Assembly: GCF_009914755.1 (NCBI RefSeq)
Contig: NC_060925.1
DNA: 64,000 nt
Source: the human T2T-CHM13v2.0 reference genome, Homo sapiens
Direction: 5' to 3' (one strand)
The notes beneath the pieces are model-generated. The model did no database searches. It worked only from the letters and a program-made list of their open reading frames with translations, and was not told where the DNA came from. Both the position numbers and the translations under genes were made by a program. Shown here piece after piece: positions 1 to 24,877 of this stretch (positions are counted from its first letter, which is position 1; each line of letters opens with the position of its first letter).

Positions 1-772
1 TTAAGTGCCCACTTGAGGTAAGTGGTCATGAATTTAAAGCAGTCCAGTCAACACAGTTGCTTTTCTTCAGCCATATTCGGCAGCATCGATGTAGATATAG
101 AAGAACTGGATTTCACAAGGGTTTGGGTTTTGCCAAGCAACTAATACAAATTGAGGGTTGATAATACAGTTGAGGGTAATTGCAATGGCTGATTATGATT
201 GAGCATGGAATTTAAACTGGGTGAGGAAGTGTATTGGTCAGTTCAGGCTGCCGTAACAAGATATCACAGAATGGGTGACTTAAACGACAGACATTTATTT
301 TGTCATCTTTTTTGTTTGTTTGTTTATTTTGAGATAAGGTCTTGCTCTGTCACCCAGGCTGTATTGCAGTGGTGTGATCATGGCTCACTGCAGCCTCCAC
401 TTCCCTGGGCTCAGGGGATCCTCCTACCTCAGCCTCCCAAGTAGCTAGGACTACAGGTGTGCACCATCACACCCAGCTAATTAAAACAAAAAAAAATTTT
501 TTTTAAAGACAGGGTCTCCCTATGTTGCCTAGGCTGGTTTCAAACTCTTGACCTCAAATGATCCTCCCACATCAGCCTCCCAAAGTGCTGGGATTATAGG
601 TGCGAGCCACCACACCCGACTATTTTCTTCTAATTTTAGAAGCTGGACTTCCAGGATGGAGGTACAAGCAGGGTATGGTAGGTTGCTGGTGAGGCTTGTG
701 ACATCTGCCTTCTGGCTGTCCTCACATGACCTTTCCTCTGTGACTATGCAGAGAGCTCTCTGGTGCCTCTTC

Positions 773-778
773 CTATAT

Positions 779-844
<66 letters not shown>

Positions 845-885
845 TATATAAACACACACACACACACATATATATAATATATATG
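773..885. repeat. (TA)n-(CA)n compound microsatellite
   Basis: Directly visible. Confidence 0.95.
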
Positions 886-894
886 AAATTATGA

Positions 895-1600
<706 letters not shown>

Positions 1601-2254
1601 TGTCTAAGGTGATTTCTTCGTGTTCTTATAGGGACACTAGTCCTATGCGATAGGGCCACTCTTACAACTTCATTTAGCTTTAATTACCTCTTCACATGCC
1701 CTATTTCCAAATGCAGTCACATTGGGGGTTAGGGTTTCAATGTCTGAACTTTGGTGGGGGGCACAATTTAGTCTGCAACAGGAAGGAGTGAGATAGATGA
1801 GGGCACAGTGGTAAGATGAATGCATTGTAGGTAATGATCACTGGAGCTAGAGCGTTAGGTGTGAGCTGAAAATAGGAGGAGCTGATTGGAGAATGGGGTG
1901 TGTGAAATTGGGAGCAAAGAAGGGTTGCAATAATTTGTCATAACAAAATCTAGGGTATGACTATGGGGATGAGTGGCTGACTTAGTGGATAAAAAGACCA
2001 CAGGAGGAGGGTATGCTAAGGAACCGACAGGCCAAAGCATTAGAAGGAATATCTCTACTGAAATTAGCAGGAATTATCACATGAATGGTGCTGAAGAGAG
2101 TCACAGTGAGCCAGGTGTTAAATCTTCAAGAAGGAGGGAGCATAACCTAAGGTAAAATAAGGGCAATAAGGCAGGGGTACACTGTGTTGGGGGAAAAATG
2201 CAGCATAACCAAACACAAGTCATAGAAGAAAATATCTGCAATGCATGTAACTAC

Positions 2255-2668
2255 TAGGAGGGTCACAGATTGGATTCTCCAGATGCAGATGCTGAGATGG
2301 AATCTGAGGTGCAAGAAGCTTAGTAGGGATCAACTCTTGTGAAAGGAAGGAGAAGGAAGCAGGATTGGGCAGAGGAAGAACTTGAACTGAGAATCAGGCC
2401 CCACAAAGCCTCAACCAACCCAGCAGGGAGCTCTGGAGCAAACACTGTACATCAAAGTGTTCTAAGTTAGGCCAAAATAGCTGGGCCTTTCTACCAGCTA
2501 CGGATTGCTGGGAAGCGTATGACCTTGGGTGAAGCAGCTCTCTGCAGATGAGGCAGATCCTGAAATAGCTGACAGTTGGAGGCTGTCTGCCTAATGCACT
2601 CCCTGCAGCTGGGCAACAAGTTCTTCCTTGAAGGGGGATCTGGGCAGTGCGTCTCTGTGTCTGCCACA
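2255..2668 (-). mobile_element. ERVL solo LTR (LTR16-like)
   Basis: gcagatgctgagatgga..ggattgggcagagg..gggagctctggagc..ccaca pattern, typical of the LTR16 family by recollection. Confidence 0.5.
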
Positions 2669-2796
2669 AAGAGAGTTGTATTTTATTTTGCAAACATAAA
2701 GAACCCGTACAAATCACTATGAACTTCTGAGTTGCCAAAGATAATAGTGGCTGTCCAAATCGGAATCGCTTCATATCCCAAGCAACCATATAGAAC

Positions 2797-3255
<459 letters not shown>

Positions 3256-4026
3256 CCAGGTGCTGCCACACCTGTAATCCCAGGCAGGAGGATCTCTTGA
3301 GGAGTTCTAGACCAGCCTGGGCAACACAGTGAGATCTTGTCTCTACAAAAAAAAAAAAAAAAAAAAAAAAAAAGAAAAGATTTGTTGACTCCTGGTTCTT
3401 GATACAGAAAAAAATAATAACAAAAACTAAATTCTCAGCATAACTGGATGACAGAGAATTCCTAAACTTTAAATTACCTGTAAGTAGAAAAAATAAACAC
3501 CAAATTCCAGTGAGATGGCTTTCACAGTTCTACTGCAAATCTTTGTGGAGAGCAAGGGCAGTCCTGGAAAAACTGTGGAAGAGAAGAGGGGGCAGGTAAC
3601 AGCAGGCCAAAGATTGATCTGAAATCATTGTGTTAAAGAGAAAGTCCGCCCTAAGAGAAACAACACGAAAACGAATCCTGTAGATCAGAGCACTGACCAC
3701 GGGGAGGGACTGAAAAGGGCAGCGTAGCCTCAAGGAGACAACCTCAGAAAAGTCGCGCTTCTGGGGAAATAGAATGCAAGAAAGGAAAGGAGAGGCACAC
3801 TTTGAAGATTAGGTGGTGAAGGGGAAAAGAATCAAAAGGTGCTATAACCAGTGAGTACCCAGGGGGAGAAAAAAAGAATCAAAAGAGGAAAATGTAGGGC
3901 ATGTAACACAAAACAGAACCCAAAACTTGCAGGAGATACAATTCCCACCACACACACACACGCACACGCACACACACACACACACGCACGCATGCACACA
4001 CACACACACAGAGCCATCCATTAAAG

Positions 4027-4851
<825 letters not shown>

Positions 4852-4998
4852 TATTCATTGCTTGAGCCTAGGAGTTCGAGGCTGCAGTGGGCTAGGATGG
4901 CATCACTGCACCCCAGCCTGGGGGGTGAGAGAGAAAAACTCTGTCTCAAAAAAAAAAAAAAACCCAAAAAACAACAACAACAACAACACACACACACA

Positions 4999-5029
<31 letters not shown>

Positions 5030-5214
5030 CACTTCCCTCCCCCAAATTTAAAAAGAACTACTGCATTAAAAAAAAAAAAAAAAAACTTGCTCTTTGGGTC
5101 AGGTGCAGTGGCTCACACCTATAATCCCAGCACTTTGGGATGCTGAGGTGGGCGGATCACCTGAGGTCGGGAGTTCGAGACCAGCCTGACCAACATGGAG
5201 AAACACCATCTCTA

Positions 5215-5376
<162 letters not shown>

Positions 5377-6415
5377 TCAAAAAAAACTTGTACTTCACTA
5401 CACTGACAGAAGGGGACGCCATTCAACTAAGAATCTTGGAGACCACTCTCATTCCAAAAAATAAATAGCCAAAAACAGATTAAACGTTTCTATAAGAAAA
5501 TAGAAAATGAGAACCAAAATAGCTCAAGTGATGAACATTTCTACATTTCCCCCCAAAAGAAAAATTACCATGAAGCAGAAGAAAAATGCTGTAACACAAC
5601 ACACCAAACTCAATGAATTGTTGTCTTCAGGCAAACATTTGAGGATATGACAAATCACTCTTTAGCTTTTTTTTTTTTTCCTTTGAGACAGGGTCTCATT
5701 ATGTTGCCCAGGTTGGACTTGAACTCTTAGGCTCAAGCAATCCTCTCACCTCAGCCTTTCGAGTAGCTGGGTACCCTTTACTCAAGGGGTACAATATATG
5801 TGACTTGAGTGATAGACCCCCTAAAAGCTCTGACTTGACCACTATGTAATCTATTCATGTTACAAAATTATACTTGTACTTCAAAAATTTATCAAAAAAA
5901 ACCCAAAAAAAACAAAAAAAGGAAAACCATCTTGAAACCAAAATTCAAAAATTAAAAGCAAATGGGCATCCCCCTGCTCTGAAGGAATAAATTAAGAGTT
6001 CACTGAACTCAGGAAAGAAGGAACAGACAAAATGATTTCGGAAATAAAGCCTACATTATAAGGTACTCAAAGGAGAATTCAAATTCAAGTGGAAATGTAA
6101 TAAGAGGCATTGAAGAAAGACAGTTTTGCTTGATGTGATCCTATTTGTCCATGTTTGCTTTGGAAAAACCAAGAGGATGAAAATGAAATCAAGAGAAAAG
6201 GGTTGGGAAGAAAGACTTCTCCTCTACCAACCTAAGTCCAGCTGGTTGGGGGCCTGTGAATTAAATGGCAATAGAGTAACGGGGGAAAATACACATGTGG
6301 GCGTACCCTATAGAGAGAGTAGCTCCCTGAACAGCTGGGGGTAAAAGTTTATGTACCAACCTATATACTACCCCAGCGGGGCTTTAGGACTTCAAAGAAT
6401 GGAAGCTTCTTATGA

Positions 6416-6740
<325 letters not shown>

Positions 6741-7149
6741 TAAAAAGTGTCTTGATGTTCAGCGTCAGTGCTTCTGTGACCAGAGACCTCTGGAGGAGGG
6801 TTTGTGGCAGCTATGTCTCCTAAGGCTCTGAGTTAGTCAGATAAGGGAAGTTTCAGATAAGATTTCTCTCTGCGTCTGTTGTAGCTCAGATATTTTTCAT
6901 TGGAAGTTATCTCTTTACCAAGTTAGTGTACTGTTTTCTTCAGAAGTAAAAAGAGTCAGAGAGAAAGTGCTTGAAATGGAAGACAGAGAAGAAACAGTCC
7001 AAGTTAAACCTTGGACAACCTGAGTCTGAACTACGTGAGTCCACTTAGATGTGGATTTTTTTTGATCAAACAATATTCGCCAGATGCAAAACCCATGTAT
7101 ATGGAGGGGTGACTTTTCATATACCACGATTTTGCAGGCTGACTGCAGG

Positions 7150-11520
<4,371 letters not shown>

Positions 11521-11549
11521 AAAAGATTATTTTTAAATCTTTTTTGTGA

Positions 11550-13760
<2,211 letters not shown>

Positions 13761-14804
13761 CCATTCTATGACTTTAGACAAAAGTATAATGACATGTATC
13801 CACCATTGTAGTATACAGAAGTTTTACTGCCCTAAAAACCCTCACATTTTTAGGTTGATATCTAACATTTTCATTGTAAATTGAATAGTTGCAAAGGATA
13901 TAATTTCTGGAGTACTATAAACATTGACATTTAAAAACACAACTACTACAACACTCTAATACCATCTAAATATTAGGACTCTAAGTACCTTCAGAATTTT
14001 TTTAACTTTTTATTTTGAAATAATTTCAGATTTACAGAAAGTTTCCAAGAATACTACAAAGAATTCCCATGTACCCTCACTCAGATTCCTCAGATGTTAA
14101 CCTTTTACCACATTTGCTCTATCTACCTACCTACCTATATCTTTATCTCAAAATACAGTGTAGATTTCCTAAAAACAAGGCCATTCTGTTACAGAACCAC
14201 AATATAAACCTCATAATCAGGAAACTAATGCTGATATTTATACTAAATGGTCTTATTCAAATTTTTCCAATTGTCCTAATAACATTCATTATAGGCAAAG
14301 AAAATCTTGGACCATGAGTTACCTTCAGTTGTTATGTGTCACGTCTTCTTTATGACTGAAACAGTTCCCCTCCGTCTTTCCTTATCTTTTATGACCTCGA
14401 CATTTTGAAGAGTACAGTCAGGTTACTTTGTGGAATGTCCTTTAATTTGGGTTCGTTTGATGTTTCCTCATGATTAATTCGAGTTATGCATTTTTTGGCA
14501 GGAATACCAGATAAATGACGTTGTGCCCTTCTCAATGATCACGTCAGGAGACACATGGTATCTATTTGTCTTTTTACTGGTGATGTTAACTTTGGTCACA
14601 AATTTCTCCACTATAAAGTTACTATTTTTCTTGATATTTTAAGAAAATTGAATCATATAAAATGCTCAGTTAAAACCACAAAATGCAGCCAGGCACGGTG
14701 GCTCATGCCTATAATCCCAGCACTTTGGGAGGTCGAGGCAGACAGATCACTTGAGCCCAGGAGTTTGAGACCAGCCTAGGCAATGTAGTGAAACCGTGTT
14801 TCTC

Positions 14805-14836
<32 letters not shown>

Positions 14837-15396
14837 CCCACAAAAATTAGCCAGGCATGGTGGCATGCACATGTAGTCCCAGCTGCTCAGGTGGCTGAGG
14901 TGGGAGGATCACCTGGACCCATGAGGTCAGGGCTGCAGTGAGCAGCCTCTATTGCCAACCTGGGCAATAGATTGAGACCCTGTCTCAAAAACAAACAAAC
15001 AAACAAACAAACAAAAGAGTGGAAGTCAAAATGGGAACAAAGAGGAAGGGCAATGAATAGAAAACAAATATGGTAGATATTAATCCAACTATATCAATAA
15101 TCACTTTAATTGTCAATGGTCTAAATATATTGATTAAAAGATTCTCAGAGTAGATCAAAAAACAAGACCCAACTATATATTCCTACAAAGAACCCACTTT
15201 AGGCCGGGCACGGTGACTCACACCCATAATCCCAGCACTTTGGGAGGCTGAGGTGGGCAGATCACTTGAGGCGGACAGATCACTTGCGGTCAGGAGTTCG
15301 AGACCAGCCTGGCCAACAACGGTGAAACCCTGTCTCTACTAAAAATACAAAAATTAACCAGGTGTGGTGGTGGGCACCTGTAATCCTAGCTGCTCA

Positions 15397-15582
<186 letters not shown>

Positions 15583-15975
15583 TCATAGCACGAACACCAG
15601 GAGTGAATCCTAATAGAAACTGTAGACTTTGGGTGATAATGATCTGTCAGTGTAGGTTCATCGATTGTAACAAATGCACCATTCTGGCGCAGGATGTTGA
15701 TAGTGGGAATAGCTGTGCACATGTGGCCAGAGGGGTGCTTGGAAACTTTCTGTACTTTCTACCTATTTTTTCTGTGAACCTAAAACTGCCATAAAAAAAG
15801 TTGCTTGATATCTTGTCATATATATAATATAATATAATAAGCTTATTTATTTAAATGTGTGGAAGGACACAAAGAGGCTTTTACAGGTAAATGAGAAAAA
15901 TAATTTGAGCTCACTTCCCTAGAGGATTTGTGGCATGTTCGCCAGAATGCTTATATGAGAACAATCATAGCAGCA

Positions 15976-17662
15976 ATGTTTTGTTTTTGTTTTTGTTTTC
16001 AGAGCTAGCTGAGGTTATATTTTGGACACACAAAAAAGAAAAAAGCAATTGAATTGTTTTGTAGCTGGAGACATGGGCAAGGGGGTATCCCCAGGCAGTA
16101 AACTCCTCCGCAGGTGGGCTGAGGCCTAGGGCTGAGCCTCAGGTGGGTCTCCCGTTCCCTGTGCTCCCCTGCACAGCGGCCTCCCTCCCGGGCTCTGGGG
16201 CAGCCGCAGGAGGGGCAGGCTGGGAGGGGCTGCCCTGGCTGTTCACTTGGGCAGGACGTCAAAGGACTCGGACACCGGCTTCCCGTTGCAGGTCTGGATC
16301 TTCTTCACAACCACGGCCCTGGTGGAGCTGGTGCGGCTGAAGGAGCTGGAGCCCATGCCAGAGCCAAAGCTGGAGCCCAGACGGTAGCTGAGGCCGGGGC
16401 TCGTGAGGCCCCCATAGGCCGAGCTCAGCGCACCTGCATAGCTGCTGGTGGTCTTCGTATGGATACTCATGTTCTGCATCCCAGACTCCAGCCGGCTCTC
16501 CTCGCCCTCTAGCAGCTTCCCGTAGGTGGCGATCTCGATCTCGATGTCCAGGGCCAGCTTGACGTTCATCAGCTCCTAGTACTCACGCAGCTGCCGCGCC
16601 ATGTCCTGCTTGGCCGGCTGGAGGGCGGCCTCCAGCTCGGACAGCTTGGCGTTGGCACCCTTAACTGCCCAGCTCCTCAGGCTGCTCGGCATCTGTGATG
16701 GCGGCCTCCAGGGAAGCCCTCTGGCCTTTGAGGCACTCAGTCTCAGCCTGGAGCCCACTGATGTTCCAGTTTATCTCGGAGGTCTCAGTCTTTGTATGCT
16801 GCACGTCATCCCAGTGCCTCCCAGCCAGCGCCTGCAGCTTCTCATACTTGATCTGGTACATGCTCTCAGCCTCAGCCCGCCTGCGGTTGGCGATCTCGTA
16901 CTGCGCCTTGACCTCAGCGATGATGCTGTCCGTGTCCATGGAGCGGCTGTTGTCCATGGACAGCACCACAGACGTGGCGGAGATCTGGGACTGCAGCTCC
17001 CGGATCTTCTCTTCATACAGCCGCCTGAGGAAGTTGATCTCGTCAGTCAGCCCTTCCAGGCCAGACTCCAGCTCTAACTTGTTCATGTAAGCTTCATCCA
17101 CATCCTTCTTGATGAGGACAAATTGATTCTCCATCTCTGTACGCTTATTGATCTCATCCTCGTACTTGTTCTTGAAGTCCTCCACCAGCCCCTGCGTGTT
17201 GCCAAGCTCCGTCTCCAGCTTCAGCTTCTCCTGGCCCAGAGTCTCCAGCTGCCGCCGCTTCTCCTGGCCCAGAGTCTCCAGCTGCCGCCTAAGGTTGTTG
17301 ATGTAGCTCTGGAACATGTTGTCCGTGTTGCTCCCAGCCGTCTGCTGCTGCTGCAGGAGGCTCCACTTGGTCTCCTGCATCTTGTTCTGCTGCCCCAGGA
17401 ACCGCACCTTGTCGATGAAGGAGGCAAACTTGTTGGTGGGGTTCTTGATCTGCTCCTTCTCCTGGGTGCGCATGGCCTGGATGTTGAGATCCACCTCCTA
17501 AGGGGGCTCAGCAGACTCTGGTTGACTGTGACAGCGGTGATGCCTCCCATGCCGCTGGTCCCACCATAGCCTCTGCCCAGGCCAGCCCAGAAGCTGCTGC
17601 TGCCCAGTAGGGAGAAGCTCTAAGAGCTGATGCAGGCACTGGGCCCACTCGTATAGGAGCGG
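15976..17662 (-). pseudogene. KRT8P47: Keratin 8 processed pseudogene (probably the annotated KRT8P47)
   Basis: Intronless KRT8 rod and tail ([58 protein letters not shown]) with frameshifts and stops. It is 5'-truncated at RSYTSGP, has a 3'UTR and decayed poly(A), and has TSD catagcagca at 15966-15975 and 17663-17672. The locus number is from memory. Confidence 0.9.
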
Positions 17663-18641
17663 CATAGCAGCATTTTTACAATAATCCAGTAACCCTGTTG
17701 TTCATCAATAGCATAATTGAGAAATATATTGTGATATATTTATACGATGGAAACTATTCAGCAATGGGAATGACTGAACTATGAATCTTATAGATTGAGT
17801 ATACGAAGCAAGATACAAATTACTCCATTTATATAAATGTAAAAAAAAAAAACAAAACAAAACCTAGGCAGCATAGCCAAACCCTGTCTGCACAAAAATG
17901 TAAAATAAAATTAGTCAGGTATGGTGGAGGATGAGTCCTAGCTACTTAGGAGGCTGAGGTGTGTGGATCACTTGAGCCAGGAGTTCAAGGCTGCAGTGAG
18001 TCATGACAGGACAGAGGGAGACCTGTCTACTGTCTGTCCCTATAGAAAAAGAAAAAAGTAAGTCAAAAAACAAGCCAAATGAAACTATATTGTTGAGAGA
18101 TGTGTATATAAGTGGTAAAATGGAAAACAAGCAAGTGGCTAACATAAAATTCAAGATCATGGTTACCTCTAGAGATAGAATGGGGTGTGTGACCTGAGGG
18201 AAGTCTCGTATGGATGAAGGGCTGCTTTTGGGGTGCTGGGTAAATTCTAATTTTTGAAGTGGGTGGTGGTGGAATGTTTTAAAAACATTAAAACTTTTTA
18301 AAATGAATGGTGCTTATAAGGGATTAAAAAAAAAAACATGAAGCATAACCTGAAGTTTTCATGATGCCAGTCTCCTGGTGTCTTTTCCTGAATTTGGCAG
18401 ACAGGGTGGCCAGAGGAAATGCATCAATGCAGAGGGACAGAAACAGCAGTGTGGCCCGGGAAAGGTGAGTGGCCACTGCTTCAGCCATGGCATTCGCTAC
18501 AGCAGTGCTTCTTTTTCATTATTTCTTTTCCTTTATCATCTTATTTTAAAAACATTTTGCATGTATATATTTTCAAGTTTCCACACAATGCATTGATTTA
18601 CTTATATTTTCCATTTTTTTCTTTTTAATTTTTTTCTAGAA

Positions 18642-18797
18642 CAATGCTTCTTAAACTTTAGTGTGCACACTGGGACTCTTACTAAATGCAGATTCTGGTT
18701 TAGTAGGTCCCAGGGAAGGACCAGGGATTCTGCATTTCTAACAAGCTCCCTGGTGAGGTCCTTGCTGCTGGTTCACGGAACCCCACTTTGGCCAGAA
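18642..18797. mobile_element. MER5A DNA transposon fossil
   Basis: aaatgcagattctgg..gtaggtc..tctgcatttctaacaagctccc..ccactttg motif. Confidence 0.75.
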
Positions 18798-19925
18798 GCT
18801 AGAGCATTTCCAAGTGGAAAGTAGCCTCTGCAGCCAGGTTCAGTGGCTCACGCCTGTAATCTCAGCACTTTTGGAGGCTGGGGTGGGAGGATTGCTTGAG
18901 CCCAGGAGTTTAAGACCAGCCTGGGCAACATGGTGAGATCCCATCTCAGGAAGGAAGGAAGGAAGGGAGGGAGGAAGAGAGAGAGGGAAAGAGGGAAAAG
19001 CAAGCAAGCAAGCCATCCTGCCAGTTTCCTACCCGAGTGTTGACTGCTGAATGAGGAGACCTCATCACAGGAAGTACACTCATCCTATTCCTACTTCCAC
19101 TCTCCTTCCATCACCACTCCTATCTCCATACTGGTTCTGAGCTCATAGGTCCCAGGGAGGGGCCAAGGATCCCTACAGATCCACCTGCCCATCTCCATTC
19201 CACTCCCACTTATCTCCTCTGTCCCTCTCTCCATCCTCAGATTCTTTCCCAACCCCATCTGCATGTGGTCTCCATTGCATCCATATCGCTATCTTCATTT
19301 CTGTCTGTTTTCCCATCTGTTGCAATCTCCAGCTCCAGGTGAATCCCAACTCCCATTGCTATCTCCATCCTATCCCCACTATACCCCATCCCTATTCTGA
19401 TACACTTCCTTTTCACCCTTACTTTCTCCAGAGTGAAAATTGAGGCAGATTCATAAAGAAGTCTAAGAGTTTTGGGGATGTTGGGGACTATCAAGGTTGA
19501 CAGTCTCTCCATATAGAAATTCTTCCCCAGATTCCCAGGAGAAACTTTGAAATAAATTACTCAAGTCAAGATTTCAGATATAACTTATTCACTGCCCATG
19601 GTGAGTATGGGGGAGGGCTAGGACTGGGATGGGAAGCAGGAGGGAATAAAAAGGAGATAGGGCTCTCCAGAGAGACAAGAAGGTAAAGATTCAACAAGGG
19701 AAGCTAAGAAGTCACAGACTGGGAGACAGAGGCAAATGAGAAATGTATGGATAACAGATCTCAAATCTAGTTTAACCTCTTCCCCACCTTCCCATCCCCA
19801 TACAGGTCAGGCTTTGACACAAGGAATTTAGAGAAGAAAAAAGGTGTGGTCTGCTGTTTCATTCAGTCCATTATCTGTTGAGCATTCCTTTTTTTATTCA
19901 AATAGAGCAGAAGAAAGGAGCTTGA

Positions 19926-20919
<994 letters not shown>

Positions 20920-21576
20920 TATATTGAATGACTAGAAGATGAATGAGCCCATCCAAGATACTGTTAAGGCACAGAGAAGGGAAATGTGACAACACTGAGT
21001 TGAAGGCAGTGACTGGAGGAAAATAAAACAGTTTCATGTTTGTGCCCCCACTGAGTTTCAGATTATTCAACTAACCAGTCACCTGCCGTGTAGAGCTTCT
21101 TTCTTTCCCAAGATCTTGCTGTCTTGCTTAGAGATTTCAGGTTTCTTCCCTTATATGCGTGCTGGGAATTCAGCAGTGGAAGCTCTGTCCAGATGCCTTC
21201 TGCTGGAATTAGCAATAGAATCTCACAAATTGTTTAAGCCCAGCTATGTCTCTTCTTGACTTCTTGAGTGAATCCCAAGAGGCATTGGAACTTTACTTTT
21301 GCTGACTGTTTCCCCATTTTTCCTTCTGATTCTTTCAGTTTCTGGTTATTGGCTAGGGTTGTTTGTGAGTCATCTAACTTGTATTTTTGCTGTTCCATAG
21401 CCTGCCCATGAATGCAGGGGATTGGGGTGAGAAGGCAGCCCACGCATTCAAGTTGAATTTGTGCAGGGTGGTGAGCTTCCCCCTGGGTAGGCAGCAGACT
21501 TGGTTAGGAGCCTGGTTTCATGGTTTGACCACTGGTGATCTCTGCTGGGTGGCTGGTGGGATCTAGTCTCTGATAG

Positions 21577-21997
<421 letters not shown>

Positions 21998-23413
21998 TGA
22001 GATCTGTCTGAACTGGTGAGTTTTTGTGGTTCTGTGGCTACTGACCGATGAGGAGTTATAAAAATGAAGCTGCAAACTCTGGGGTCTCTAGGCCTGTAAA
22101 TGAGAAAAGCCTTAAATCTCATTGTGTGAATGGGGAAAATTTTTCTACCTCCTGAGGGTATTAACAAATTAGATTATAAAGATTTAAATTAAAGGGGCTT
22201 TGTCCTGATTGGTTTATAGAGACCAGTAAGAGCTTTTGTAAATCCAATTTTGCCCAAACTCCCAGAAAACAAAGAAGCTGAACTCCTAATACTTTAAATG
22301 GGATAAGCAAAACAAAACAAAAACCTTTTTCATAGAAACTGCTAGCTCAGAAGCAATTTTATACAATAATCCACGGTTCATGTAATCAGGAAAGGTTTAA
22401 TCCTTGGGCAAGTCAGACTGATTTGATGATTTTGCCCTAAAAAGTAACATCTTTTTACTGATTTTACCAGTGTAGAATATAATACAAACATATGTTTCAG
22501 TTTATTTTATTTTTTTTAACTGTACCTGCTGGAATAGGATTAGTTTGATTTTAAGAATTGCTTTTGTTTTCTTATGGAGAAAATAATCTGTATACCGAAC
22601 ACACAGACGTACTCCTCTGCCTCTGTTGGTCCCAGTATCAATCACCCTTCTTCCAACTTTATCAATCACCCTCTTTCCAACTTTACCTAAGTAGCTAAGT
22701 TCTGTTTCAGGGAGGGAGAGAACTGGGAGGTAGGGCATGGAGAACTATCTATTATATACAAACATTTTATCAAATCAACAGTGTTTACAAAGAATATATA
22801 ATATGACCCCCACAGCCATATACATATATCTTTTTTATACTTTTTTTTTTTTTTTTTTTTTGCGGGGGGGACAGAGTCTCACCCTGTCACCCAGGCTGGA
22901 GTGCAATGGCACGATCTCGGCTCACTGCACCTCCGCCTCCCGGGTTCAAGCAATTCTCCTGCTTCAGCCTCTTCAGTAGTTGGGATTACAGGCATGTGCC
23001 ACCACGCCTGGCTAATTTTTGTATTTTTACTAGAGACGGGGTTTCACCATGTTGGCCAGGCTGGTCTCAAACTCCTGACCTCAAGTGATCTACCTGCCTC
23101 AGCCTCCCAAAGTGCTGGGATTATAGGCGTGGGCCACTGGGCCTGGCCTACACTTTCTTAAAATGGCAATGATGAACACACTCATGAAAATGACCCAAAG
23201 GTTAAGCCACTCCATAATATAGAAAAGTAAGAAGTAAAGGTAGACAGACTATGCTTGGTGACCCATGTTTGAGCATTCTATCTTAATTAGAAATTATCCA
23301 GATACCCAAAAATTATTATTTAATATTTAACCTAGGTTTTAAAGTTAGCTGGCCGGGTGCAGTGGCTCATGCCTGTAATCCCAGTGCTTTGGGAGTCCAA
23401 GGCGGGCAGATCA

Positions 23414-23695
<282 letters not shown>

Positions 23696-24566
23696 CTAAA
23701 GATCTTGGGGATTATATTTAAACGGATGTATTATAGAACCTAACTACTACTTATATAAAAAAATTGGTCAGAATTGTGCTTCAGCTGGCATGGTGGCTCA
23801 CACCTATAATCCCAGCACTTTGGGAGGCCAAGGCAGGAGGATTGCTTTGAGCCCAGGAGTTTGAGACCAGCCTGGGCAACAAAGCGAAACCCCATCTTAA
23901 AAAAAAATAATTTAGTTAAACGCATTATTCTGTTTTCCTTTTTTTTGAGACAAGGTCTCTCTCTGCCACCCAGGTTGGAATGCAGTGGTGTGACCATGGC
24001 TCACTGCAGCCTTGACCTCCTGGGCTCAATTAATCTTCCTACTTAAGCCTCCCTAACAGCTGGGACCACAGTGCACACCACCACTCCCAGCTATATATAT
24101 ATTCTTTAATGCTTTGTAGAGATGAAGAAGTCTCACTGTGTTGCCCAGGCTGGTCTCAAACTCCTGGGCTCAAGCGATCCACCTGCCTCGGTCTCCTAAA
24201 ACACTGGGATTACAGGCTTAAGCCACCATGCCCGGCCTGTGTTTTTCTTAATCTTACTATCTCAAATTAGGTATCTATCATTCCCATGGATGTTTTTATG
24301 TCTTTATTACATATGTTGGTGTATCCATAAACAATTTCTACTATTTTGCATGTTTTAAAGCTTTTTGTAAATGCTGTTATTTTGCATGAATTCCTTTGCA
24401 ACTTGTTTTTTTTTTTTTTTTTTTGAGCTTATATTTTTAAACCTTCTTATTTGGGAATAATTTTAGGTTTACAGGAAAATTGCAAAAGTAGTACAGTTAC
24501 TGTATGCCTTTCAGTCAGCTTCTAATGTTAACACCATACATAACTGTGGTGCATTTATCAAAACTA

Positions 24567-24877
<311 letters not shown>

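Noticed and set aside
16661-17494. 277-aa keratin ORF as a functional gene
   Set aside because: Flanked by frameshifts and stops, 5'-truncated, with TSD and poly(A): a processed pseudogene.
19080-19420. 91-aa minus-strand ORF over a C/T-rich stretch with ~6-bp periodicity
   Set aside because: Looks like a decayed (CCCCAT)n-type low-complexity repeat with no recognisable domain.
22636-22683. 24-bp tandem repeat with TATCAATCA as DUX sites
   Set aside because: Lacks the 5' TAAY half-site and lies in probable old ERV-derived sequence.
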